Source: Candidatus Amesbacteria bacterium GW2011_GWB1_47_19 (GTDB taxonomy: Bacteria > Patescibacteriota > Microgenomatia > CAZETR01 > Amesbacteraceae). From it: a stretch of 64,000 bases of DNA. The notes beneath the pieces are model-generated. The model saw only the letters and a program-made list of their open reading frames with translations, was not told the origin of the DNA and searched no databases. Made by a program: the position numbers and the translations under genes. This document shows positions 8,633 through 17,785 of this stretch, in pieces. The first letter of the stretch is position 1; each line of letters begins with the position of its first letter. The stretch covers positions 7,484 through 71,483 of the forward strand of contig LCNZ01000003.1 in NCBI GenBank assembly GCA_001002325.1, given 5' to 3'.

Positions 8633-10684
8633 CTACACAGTTTCAGGCTTGACTTCGCCCTCCGGAGCCTTATACGAAGGACGGGTCCAGCTGGCAAAAT
8701 CGCAGTTCGGGTAATTGCTGCATCCGAAAAAACTTTTGCGGCTGCGAGTTCGTTTCAACACCACGTCTCCGCCGCATTTCGGGCATATTTGGCCGGTTTT
8801 ATTCACAAAGTTGGCTTTCCAGTCACAACCAGGATACAAGCTGCAAGCCAAAAACTTACCGAATCGGCCTATCCTTATTACCTGCCTGCCTTCACTGCAC
8901 TTGGGACAGGCTTCACCTGTTTCTTCAGCCTGCACCTGGACTCTGACTGCTGTTTCCCCAACCTCATCCAATTTTTTCTCAAACGGACCATAAAAATCAG
9001 AAACTACCGGTTGCCAATGTTTGTTTCCCTCAGCTATCCCGTCCAAATCATCTTCAATTTTCGCTGTAAATTCGTAATCCACAATATCCGGAAAGTTGGT
9101 CACCAAAAAATCATTCACAGCTATTCCCAAAGCCGTAGGTTGGAATTTCTTATCCGATTTATCCACATACTGACGGTCCTGGATAGTAGTTAAGGTGGGG
9201 GCATAAGTACTGGGCCGGCCTATACCTTCCTCTTCCAAGGCTTTAATTAGGGAAGCGTCCGTATACCGGGGAGGGGGCAGGGTAAATTTCTGTTCTGACT
9301 TCAGGTCCAGAAAATCCAGTCTTTCCCCTTCAGCCAGTTCCGGTACTTTTTCTTCCCCCAATGCGTCAACTTCTCCATTCTGCTCTTTTGTGTTCGTGGA
9401 TTGGTATAGTCGCAGCCAGCCGTCAAAAGTAATAGTTTCCCCCTTTGCTTCCAACCCGTACTCTCCGGCTATTACTCCCACTTTCATACTCACTCCGCTG
9501 ACCTCTGCCATCTGACACGCTACAAACCGTTTCCAGATCAATTCATACAACCTCAGTTCGTCCCTGGAAAGTCCAAAGTCTTGTATTATAAATCTCGAAT
9601 CCCCGTTCACCTTGGTTGGGCGGATTGCTTCATGTGCTTCCTGTGACAATTTACTTTTAGTTTTATACATCCGGGGAATTTTCAAAGCGTATTCCGGTCC
9701 GAATTCCTTGGTTAAAAAGTTCGCCACCGATCTCAGAGCTTCCATGGCCAGATTGGTCGAATCCGTCCGGTGATAAGTGATATGCCCTTGTTCATACAAG
9801 GCCTGTGCGATTTGCATGGTCCGCTTGGCACTCCATCCCAAACGGTTGGCTGCTGTCTGTTGTAATGTTGATGTCGTGAAAGGTGCTGGTGGTGTTCGCT
9901 TAAACTCTTTTTCCTCCACACTGCCAACTGTATATTTGGCTGTCCGCAAGTAGTTAGTCGCCTCTTCCGCCTCCTGGCTGATTGCCGCTTTATACTTTTC
10001 CCCACCCTTCTCTGTCAATGTGACCCAAAAACTTTGTTTATTCGTCTCCTGCTCACTCTGCAACTCCACCCGGATCACCCAATACTCTTCGGGCTTGAAT
10101 GCTTCAATTTCCCTCTCCCTCTCCACCACCAGTCTCACTGCCACACTCTGTACCCTGCCTGCAGACAAACCCCGGCGGACCTTGCGCCACAGCAGCGGTG
10201 ATAATTTATAACCCACCAGTCTGTCCACTATTCTTCTGGCCTGTTGGGCTTCCACCAACCGCATGTTCACAACCCCCGGGTTACCCATTGCTTCCCTGAT
10301 CGCATTTTCCGTAATTTCGTGAAACACGACTCTCTCAAATTTATGCTTGCCCAGCATCTGTGACACATGAAAAGCTATCGCTTCCCCCTCCCGGTCCGGA
10401 TCAGTCGCCAGGTAGATCTTTTCCGCCTTGTTCCCCATTTTCTTTATTTCTTCCATTCGTTCGGTTTGTTTCTTGGTACTCGTAAACTCCGGCTCAAACT
10501 TATACTCTCCTGCTCTTCCACTCTCCCGCTCTATCTTTATCCCCATTTTGCGTTCCGGTAAATCCCGCACATGTCCATAACTGGCTTCTACTTCGTAACC
10601 GGAGCCCAAAAACCTGGCCAGAGTCCTGGCTTTGGTGGGAGACTCAACAATCACTAAATCCATAACGCTTCGGGATTTTACCAT
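8633..10684 (-). CDS. topA: DNA topoisomerase I
   Basis: IVESPTK, ATDPDREGE, SAGRVQS, ITYHRTDS, C-terminal C4 zinc ribbons. Confidence 0.97.
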   Translation of the reverse strand: MVKSRSVMDLVIVESPTKARTLARFLGSGYEVEASYGHVRDLPERKMGIKIERESGRAGEYKFEPEFTSTKKQTERMEEIKKMGNKAEKIYLATDPDREGEAIAFHVSQMLGKHKFERVVFHEITENAIREAMGNPGVVNMRLVEAQQARRIVDRLVGYKLSPLLWRKVRRGLSAGRVQSVAVRLVVEREREIEAFKPEEYWVIRVELQSEQETNKQSFWVTLTEKGGEKYKAAISQEAEEATNYLRTAKYTVGSVEEKEFKRTPPAPFTTSTLQQTAANRLGWSAKRTMQIAQALYEQGHITYHRTDSTNLAMEALRSVANFLTKEFGPEYALKIPRMYKTKSKLSQEAHEAIRPTKVNGDSRFIIQDFGLSRDELRLYELIWKRFVACQMAEVSGVSMKVGVIAGEYGLEAKGETITFDGWLRLYQSTNTKEQNGEVDALGEEKVPELAEGERLDFLDLKSEQKFTLPPPRYTDASLIKALEEEGIGRPSTYAPTLTTIQDRQYVDKSDKKFQPTALGIAVNDFLVTNFPDIVDYEFTAKIEDDLDGIAEGNKHWQPVVSDFYGPFEKKLDEVGETAVRVQVQAEETGEACPKCSEGRQVIRIGRFGKFLACSLYPGCDWKANFVNKTGQICPKCGGDVVLKRTRSRKSFFGCSNYPNCDFASWTRPSYKAPEGEVKPETV

Positions 10685-10730
10685 TTAACCATATCACAAT
10701 TGACTTCGGCAGAATTAGTTAATACTATAA

Positions 10731-11213
10731 ATGCAGCACATGTTGATCCGGCTAATTTCCATCGTTACTTTCATACTGCTATCGGTCGCTTCTGTCTATG
10801 CCTCCGCCTACCAGCTGACCACCGTCGGCAGCCTCAATACCACGGGTGCAGTCATCAGTCACCTGTGGTACACCAATGGAAATCTGACATTTACCGGCGT
10901 GGCACCGGCTGGCGAGGTCGTGACTGCCACCATAGATGGTGCCTCTGCTTCCGTTACCGCTGACTCGTCCGGCAATTGGAATCATCCGGTTTCCCTGGCT
11001 GCAGGTGATCACAGTGTGGCATTTGCGGCAGCCGGAACCAGCTTTATCAGTTTCACTCTCACCATCGGCGAAGCCCCCGAAGGTATCGGTGAACTAAAAG
11101 TCTCGGATACTCCCACCGCCGGAAATATTACCCCCACATTGGCTATCCTTTCATCCGGCCTGATTCTTTCGGCTTCCGGTTTTCTTCTTCGCTCCCGCCG
11201 CAACCTTACCTAA
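10731..11213 (+). CDS. secreted Ig-like protein with C-terminal TPTAG-TM-basic tail
   Basis: signal peptide, ADSSGNW Ig-like strand, TPTAG followed by a TM helix and RSRR. Confidence 0.7.
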   Translation: MQHMLIRLISIVTFILLSVASVYASAYQLTTVGSLNTTGAVISHLWYTNGNLTFTGVAPAGEVVTATIDGASASVTADSSGNWNHPVSLAAGDHSVAFAAAGTSFISFTLTIGEAPEGIGELKVSDTPTAGNITPTLAILSSGLILSASGFLLRSRRNLT

Positions 11214-11250
11214 TTTCCTACTTCGCGCGGCCGCGTCAATCGGAAAATTC

Positions 11251-12981
11251 TCACTCTCCCATCACCTGGGGTATAGCCGAATAAGGATATGTATCTTCTA
11301 CTGAAAAGTACTTTGCCAGAATCTTTCGTACTATCGGCGCCGCCACATTTGATCCCTCCCCTCCCCCTTCCACCACTACCGTTACACTGATTTTCGGATC
11401 CTTGGCAGGTGCGTAAGCTGTCAACCAGCCGTGTTCCCTGACCTTGCCGTTTTCCCCTACATACTCCGCCGTCCCCGTCTTGCAAGCAATCACCGGCAGT
11501 GATTGGCCTTCCATAGCCTTGGCGAAGGAGGCCGACCCACTCTGACGAAGGGCACCGTCATTCCAGTCAAATAAGGGAAACGCCGTTCCTCCCGGACTGC
11601 ATGCCCCTATCATCCCCTGCCTGATAATTTCCAGTGTCTCTTCTGAAATCGGCACTTTTTGACATTGTTCACCGAAATTTTCGCCCTGTATCAAATGGAG
11701 TTTACATTTTTTTCCGCCGCTGGCCAGAATATTGGTCATTAAATTAATTTGTATCGGAGTCACCAGAATATCCCCCTGGCCGATAGCCATATGGTAAGTA
11801 TTGCCCAGAAACCACCTTTCCCCCTTTACTTTCTCTTTCCATTCCGGGTCGCCTATTAAGCCTGACACCTCACCGGGTAAATCAATCCCGGTCTTTTCCC
11901 CCAATCCCATCCTGTGCGCCCACGCGGATATTTCGTCAGGGCCGGTTATCTCCCCCACCCTATAAAAGAAGGTATCCGTAGACCTGGTAATCGCCCTGGT
12001 AAATCCCACCACTCCCTCGACCCCTCCGCCCTTGTTATATAGCCAGTTAGTATATCTGAAATCTCCCACACTAATCACCCCCCGGTCTTCAAATACAAAA
12101 TCGGGGTCCACTCTGCCTGATTCCAAAGCAGATGTGCTGGTTATCATTTTGAAAGTTGAACCGGGGGGGTATACCCCGCCCACCGCCCGGTCAAAAAGGG
12201 GTAAATCCTTATTCGTACTTAAATCATCATAATTTTCGCTTAAGTTGTTGGGGTCAAAACCCGGACTGCTCATCAACACCACAATCTCCCCGGTTTGCGG
12301 ATCACTTACCACAGCTGCCCCTTTTTTACCCGCAAATGCTTCATATGCCTTTCGCTGCAGATCCGCATCAATATTCAATACAGTCGCCCTGCCTTCTTTC
12401 GGTTCTCTTTTTCCCATCTCCCGGGCAACTTTACCCGTACTGTCAACCTCCACCAATCTGCCGCCGTCTATTCCCCGTAATTCTTCTTCCAGTTGTACTT
12501 CAATTCCCTGTCGACCGATGCGTCCGCCGGATACGTATTTTTTGCCCGCCTCTTTCAGTAAACCCACCTCCTCCTCTCCCACTTCCCCCGTATACCCGAC
12601 CACCGTCCCCAGCGCTTCCCCGTATGGATAATATCTATCCCAAACTTCAACCTCCAGCTTGGTACTCTCATCGGTCTCCGTCACCCGTCTGTTTTCAGCC
12701 AAAATCCTCCCCACCCGGTCGGTTATTACCCCCCGCGGCGCGGGCATACGAAGCTGTCTGATACGGTTCTCATCCGCCAAAATCCTGTACCGGTTCCCGT
12801 AAATCAATTGCAATTGCACCAATCTCACTCCGATCATTCCGAAGGCCACGACCACTACCAGCCACAACAACCAGCCTTTCCGGTAATCGGGTTCCCGCTC
12901 TTCCTGTACCCGGCTTTTTCTAACAGACATCTCATGCACCACAAAATCCCCGAATGATATTCCCGGTCTGAATTTTTTCAT
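11251..12981 (-). CDS. mrdA: penicillin-binding protein 2 (class B transpeptidase)
   Basis: APRGVITDR, PGSTFK (SxxK), STD (SxN/D), KTGTAE. Confidence 0.93.
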   Translation of the reverse strand: MKKFRPGISFGDFVVHEMSVRKSRVQEEREPDYRKGWLLWLVVVVAFGMIGVRLVQLQLIYGNRYRILADENRIRQLRMPAPRGVITDRVGRILAENRRVTETDESTKLEVEVWDRYYPYGEALGTVVGYTGEVGEEEVGLLKEAGKKYVSGGRIGRQGIEVQLEEELRGIDGGRLVEVDSTGKVAREMGKREPKEGRATVLNIDADLQRKAYEAFAGKKGAAVVSDPQTGEIVVLMSSPGFDPNNLSENYDDLSTNKDLPLFDRAVGGVYPPGSTFKMITSTSALESGRVDPDFVFEDRGVISVGDFRYTNWLYNKGGGVEGVVGFTRAITRSTDTFFYRVGEITGPDEISAWAHRMGLGEKTGIDLPGEVSGLIGDPEWKEKVKGERWFLGNTYHMAIGQGDILVTPIQINLMTNILASGGKKCKLHLIQGENFGEQCQKVPISEETLEIIRQGMIGACSPGGTAFPLFDWNDGALRQSGSASFAKAMEGQSLPVIACKTGTAEYVGENGKVREHGWLTAYAPAKDPKISVTVVVEGGGEGSNVAAPIVRKILAKYFSVEDTYPYSAIPQVMGE

Positions 12982-13006
12982 CCCCCTATTCTATCAAGCT
13001 AAACTC

Positions 13007-14380
13007 TCAATCCAAACCTATTAGAACCGCCTCCAAACCTTTGATAGTTCTCTGACATGCCTCCGGATATAACACATCCCTGACCAAAAACCCACCGGAC
13101 GGAAAATTTGCAGTATCCGCTCTTATTTCCCCATCCTGACAATCTGGTTGATACATGATCTCCACCCAAATGCTTTGCCCCTCAATATAAGTTAGATATT
13201 GTCTATACCAACCAGGTCCGTATTTAGCATTATCATCGATAATAAAATACTTATGCCCTCCCAGCTTTTTCACCACAGCCAATTTCTCTCTCATGTCCCC
13301 ATAAACATCACCAATCACCACTATTTGCCTGCCATAATTCGAACTTTTCCATGCTTTTACCTCTTTATCCAAATCCACCAACCACGTCCTGGTTTCATAA
13401 CCACCGCTATATTTTGCTCCCGGAAAATATTTATAGGTAACCAGCGTTAAATCCTTCGATCTGCCAGCAGAATAATATGACACGCCATTATCTTTCCGGT
13501 CAAATGTTACCGTGCCTCTGACTATCCTATTCAATTCTGTTCTGAGTCCTGGCCACCTTGATTCTGTCACCTCCCCGGGTAAACGGCTGAATTCATCTAA
13601 ATCATCCCCGGACATATTTGGTGTTTTGGTATTCTCCCAAGGCCCCGAAATATTCTCCTCCGGTCCCAGTACTGCTTCAATTAACTCGAAAGCATACTGA
13701 TAGACATCCGGGAAAATCCTCTCCGACGCCACAACCTTACCCGACGGAGCAAAAGAGAAATGCTCATCAATCTCATAGAACTTTTCGGAAGGTACTTCAA
13801 AGTTGAAAATGAACTCAATCCACAGTTTCCTCCCCGCATCAAAAGTCAGGTATTCCCTTTTCCAGGCACCTTCCGACTCAGCTTTACTGATCCTGACTAT
13901 GAATTTTCTACCACCAAAATTCCTGACTGCAACATATGTATCTTTGGTGAAACCCTCGAGAAACTGGTCTCCGTAATCGGCCTGCTTCCATAGATTTATC
14001 TCTGCGTCCTCGGGATAATTCTGATATACATCCAAATATATTTCACCGGGCGTAGCATCATTTTTATTATTAAGAGACAAAGAAACTTGTGCCGGAATAT
14101 ATTCCCGGTACCGGTTAACTCCCTCGTCGTCCACAAAAATCAACTCATCACCGGAAAATATCTTTTCCACCTCATTTTTAAGCCGCATCAGCGTCAACGT
14201 ACTCAGTGAGTACTCACATTCAATACAAATCCCAGACAGGTAATCCGACTTCTCCACCAAAGAAGCACTCTTCCCGGAACATGCCTGATACTTTCCCAAC
14301 CCCCAAACCAGTAGTACCAATAACAGAAACCCGGCCACCCACAATCCGAGAAACTTCATAAAGACTCTCATAACACTCAC
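13007..14380 (-). CDS. membrane-anchored protein with a tandemly duplicated domain
   Basis: N-terminal TM; two internally similar halves. Confidence 0.75.
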   Translation of the reverse strand: MSVMRVFMKFLGLWVAGFLLLVLLVWGLGKYQACSGKSASLVEKSDYLSGICIECEYSLSTLTLMRLKNEVEKIFSGDELIFVDDEGVNRYREYIPAQVSLSLNNKNDATPGEIYLDVYQNYPEDAEINLWKQADYGDQFLEGFTKDTYVAVRNFGGRKFIVRISKAESEGAWKREYLTFDAGRKLWIEFIFNFEVPSEKFYEIDEHFSFAPSGKVVASERIFPDVYQYAFELIEAVLGPEENISGPWENTKTPNMSGDDLDEFSRLPGEVTESRWPGLRTELNRIVRGTVTFDRKDNGVSYYSAGRSKDLTLVTYKYFPGAKYSGGYETRTWLVDLDKEVKAWKSSNYGRQIVVIGDVYGDMREKLAVVKKLGGHKYFIIDDNAKYGPGWYRQYLTYIEGQSIWVEIMYQPDCQDGEIRADTANFPSGGFLVRDVLYPEACQRTIKGLEAVLIGLD

Positions 14381-14408
14381 TATACAACTATATTCTCAAA
14401 AAAAAAGA

Positions 14409-15533
14409 CTATCGCAGTCCTCCCACTACCCTTACCCTGTTTAACAGCTCGACATCTTCCAATACTTTGGCGCACCCTCTGACCACCGCAGTCATCGGAT
14501 CATCCGCCACATATACCGGCATCCGGGTCTCTTCGCTCATAAATTTATCCATCCCGGCAATCAGACTGCCGCCTCCGGCCATCACAATTCCCCGCTCCAG
14601 TATGTCCGAAACCAGTTCCGGTGGTGTTTCCTCAATCAGATCCGCCGCCGCCGCTGAAATTTCCTTTAGCACCGGCATCAGCGCTTCCCGCACTTCCTCC
14701 GACGAAATCTTCAGGCTTCGTGGCAAACCCGACTCCAAATCCCTCCCCCTGACTACCATAAACCGGACTGCGGATTTTTTCATTTGTTCACTGGCTGTTG
14801 CATCATTGGGATTTGTTTGGTCATTGGGGCCTGGGATTTGGGCTTTGAACGCATCAGCATGGGCATTTCCCAAACTCAATTTAACCCCTTCTGCTGTCCT
14901 CTCACCCAGAAGGACATTGTATTTCAATCTTACATAATGCACGATCGCCTCATCCATTTCATCTCCGGCTATTCGGATGGATCTGTTCAGGACCGCGCCC
15001 CCCAGCGAAATCACCGCCATTTCACTGGTACCTCCGCCTACATCCACAATCATCACCCCGCCTGCTTCACCGATAGGCAATTCCGCCCCCAGTGCCGCCG
15101 CCATGGGTTCTTCAATCAGAAAACACTGTCTGGCTCCCGCCGCCAGTGCCGCCTCCTGCACCGCCCGCCTCTCTACTTCCGTCACGCCCGAAGGTATACC
15201 CACTACTACCCGTGGTCGGGGTAAACGGGGAATTATTTTACCTGATTCATGAACTTTCAGAATAAAATGTTTCAGCATCGCTTCTGTTGCGTCAAAATCC
15301 GCTATCACCCCATCCTGCAGCGGCCTTAACGCCTCGATAGTCGCCGGTGTCCGTCCCAGCATTTTTTTGGCCTCCTCGCCGATTGCCAATACCTGCTTGG
15401 TCTTCCGGTGCCTGGCTACCACCGACGGTTCCCGGATCATTATGCCTTTACCCTTCACATGCACCAGCGTATTCGCCGTCCCCAAATCTATCCCGATATC
15501 ATACGACAACAAGCCGAATAAGTAGTTGAACAT
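14409..15533 (-). CDS. mreB: rod shape-determining protein MreB (paralog 1, with insertion)
   Basis: GIDLGTANT, EPMAAA, DVGGGTSE, AGGGS. Confidence 0.96.
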   Translation of the reverse strand: MFNYLFGLLSYDIGIDLGTANTLVHVKGKGIMIREPSVVARHRKTKQVLAIGEEAKKMLGRTPATIEALRPLQDGVIADFDATEAMLKHFILKVHESGKIIPRLPRPRVVVGIPSGVTEVERRAVQEAALAAGARQCFLIEEPMAAALGAELPIGEAGGVMIVDVGGGTSEMAVISLGGAVLNRSIRIAGDEMDEAIVHYVRLKYNVLLGERTAEGVKLSLGNAHADAFKAQIPGPNDQTNPNDATASEQMKKSAVRFMVVRGRDLESGLPRSLKISSEEVREALMPVLKEISAAAADLIEETPPELVSDILERGIVMAGGGSLIAGMDKFMSEETRMPVYVADDPMTAVVRGCAKVLEDVELLNRVRVVGGLR

Positions 15534-15593
15534 ACCAAGCGCAATATACGTTTTACCCCATTATTTCGCAAGCATCTTTCCGCCCCCCCACTC

Positions 15594-15622
15594 TTGACAT
15601 ATCCTGTAGTAAGTAAGATAAT
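15594..15622 (+). promoter_or_regulatory. sigma70-type promoter of a leaderless gene
   Basis: TTGACA-17 bp-GATAAT, ATG 6 nt downstream at 15629. Confidence 0.6.
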
Positions 15623-15628
15623 AACACC

Positions 15629-15888
15629 ATGGAATCCGCTCAACCGGATAGGTTGCGAATAACAAAATACTTTTCAATAGCAAGTGCCCTTTTGTTTTGG
15701 GGATGATACGGACTGGAAAAAATTGATTTGTCCGCTACTCCTCCCCATCAGCAGATGCTGTCAAAGACACTATATCCGGTTCAGCTGAAGTTACATCCGG
15801 ACTCGCTGTATTAGCTTCTGTAGCAGCAGTCGGTCTGTATCTTCTCGACAAGGCTACCCAGCCCCGTTCTGAAGATAGAGTAAAATAA
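15629..15888 (+). pseudogene. degraded small membrane protein gene
   Basis: MESAQPDRLRITKYFSIASALLFWG then TGA; a hydrophobic C-terminal segment (GLAVLASVAAVGLYLL) follows in another frame. Confidence 0.4.
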
Positions 15889-16435
15889 TCCAGCCCTAAT
15901 CCCACTCCCCTTTTTTCACTGCAGCTTTTCGGGCATTCCCGTCTCTGCGTAACTTTCTCCTCGGAACAACCTCCGCTCCTTCCACACCCCGGTGGCCTCC
16001 TTTATCACTTCTTTGAGCAAACTCCCAACACACGAGGTGGATTCCCCCATTCTCCAAAAGCGCTTTAATGGATCCCGAAAAACTCAATAAATCGTATTCT
16101 CTGGTCACCATATTTTACCAATCCTCCCATTTAATATCCGGTTTTCCGCCTTCAGGTCTTCTCCAGGGTTTATTACCACCCCCTCCTCGTTCGGGAGGAT
16201 AGGACGAGGTTCTTCCATCACGATTTGAATTATCTCCTGATCCATGAGAACCCCACCTACCACCACCAGAGCGGTTATTTTCATAAGTTGCGTCAACCTG
16301 GCGATCCTCCCTCCCACCCCTTCTGGGGACCTGTACAAATGATCGAAGAAGTAACTCGTTCATTATGCTTGTCCGTCAATTTTATATAATAATACGACCT
16401 ATAGTCAAGAGGGGGATTACCCTTAACATCCATGG

Positions 16436-16606
16436 CTAATCCCAACGAAAACTGGAAGAGTCCGACTTATTTTTCCCCAACTCGGCTATTTCGTGATCAT
16501 AAACCTCACCCAGCTTCTTAAACCACTCCTCAGCCTTCGGATCTTTATTTACATCCGGATGCAGTTTCTTTGCCAAGTCTCTATAAACCTCAGTTTCTTC
16601 TGTCAT
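16436..16606 (-). CDS. minimal J-domain protein, 56 aa (not in ORF track)
   Basis: own translation MTEETEVYRDLAKKLHPDVNKDPKAEEWFKKLGEVYD...; HPD motif flanked by helices II and III. Confidence 0.7.
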   Translation of the reverse strand: MTEETEVYRDLAKKLHPDVNKDPKAEEWFKKLGEVYDHEIAELGKNKSDSSSFRWD

Positions 16607-17738
16607 TATTATTCCTGGTTTTCACGGGTACCAGTTCACCGCCTCCCCTTCCACCGCCACCCCGGGGTGGTCGCCTTCGAGAGCCTCTTCCGCTATCCGG
16701 ATGAGGAGGATTTCTGGGACTATTCCCTGATCCCGGTAAATCGCCATACGGGTTTGGTGATTCATCTGAAGGACCACCAGAATCCCATGTATTGAATGGA
16801 TCTTGAGGGTCCCAATCTCCAAGCCGACTTGGGGGTGGTATCCGGGGAGGTTTCCAATTATCAGGTATATCCTTATCGTGCAATCCCGGAACTTTTCCTG
16901 GCAGTCCTTTTGTATCTATTTTTTTTACTCCCCTGATAAATTGCCGGGGTACGCCGGTGCGATAGTGTTCCGCAGTAATTCCCTTTTCCTCCCGTTTTTG
17001 TTGTTGATACGCTTTTGCCGCTTTTTCTCTTTTCAATTTCTCCTCTTTCTCCCTGGCTTCCCTTTCTTGCCGGGTCCGCATGGATTCATTGAACGCTGCG
17101 TTATCAGCATCCATGGAATTACTTAGTTTTTTCCTGCCGGATGCTACAAGCATGGCGAGACCTGAAATAATCACAACAATTCCTCCCAAGCACAAAAACC
17201 AGGATCCCGCCGTATCGGCGTCGTTTTCGGACACAGGATTGTCTTGTTTTTGATCTGACGAATTTAAGGGTAGCAATTCTGATTCAATATATCCGTCAGG
17301 GCAAGGAGCGGGCTTATCTACATAAGTTAAGGTTGTTGAACCCTTTCCCAAATCCCTGGCGCATTTTCTCGTTCCCTGCTCTTCTTTCCCACTTACCTTT
17401 CCACCGCAATATTCACCGTAATTATAAACATGCTTCCCATTCTGATAACCCACAAAGCAGCTGACGTGACCATTATTAGTCAACATCATCACATCAGTCC
17501 CGAATCCCCTGACACTGCATTGCCCTTCGGGTATCCCGTCACACGATGCTTCCTGGGTTAAGACATCCGAAAAACCTATTTCCCCCATACTTTTGACCGG
17601 AGATAAAGGTCGAAAGCCCAGCTTCCTCAAAGAACTCGTATCCAGCTGTAAGACTTCTGCAGGCTTGGTTACCCAGGCACTCCAAACTGCTCTGACTTCA
17701 TTTATTTGAGGCTTACTAGAAGTGTCTGCTTCCAACAT
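16590..17738 (-). CDS. hypothetical membrane protein: Cys-rich domain, TM, charged and Pro/Gly/Arg-rich tail
   Basis: 382-aa ORF, one central TM, low-complexity C-terminus. Confidence 0.7.
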   Translation of the reverse strand: MLEADTSSKPQINEVRAVWSAWVTKPAEVLQLDTSSLRKLGFRPLSPVKSMGEIGFSDVLTQEASCDGIPEGQCSVRGFGTDVMMLTNNGHVSCFVGYQNGKHVYNYGEYCGGKVSGKEEQGTRKCARDLGKGSTTLTYVDKPAPCPDGYIESELLPLNSSDQKQDNPVSENDADTAGSWFLCLGGIVVIISGLAMLVASGRKKLSNSMDADNAAFNESMRTRQEREAREKEEKLKREKAAKAYQQQKREEKGITAEHYRTGVPRQFIRGVKKIDTKGLPGKVPGLHDKDIPDNWKPPRIPPPSRLGDWDPQDPFNTWDSGGPSDESPNPYGDLPGSGNSPRNPPHPDSGRGSRRRPPRGGGGRGGGELVPVKTRNNNDRRN

Positions 17739-17785
17739 TATAGGACATTATATAACAACTGCTCTTTGTCTGCTAAACTAATTAC

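Noticed and set aside
15629-15888. In-frame TGA as evidence for UGA recoding (code 25 or 4)
   Set aside because: Conserved genes such as queA, def and rplA end correctly at TGA, and this ORF also needs a frameshift.
15896-16363. Three short minus-strand ORFs
   Set aside because: Overlapping frames with no motif; cannot tell which, if any, is real.
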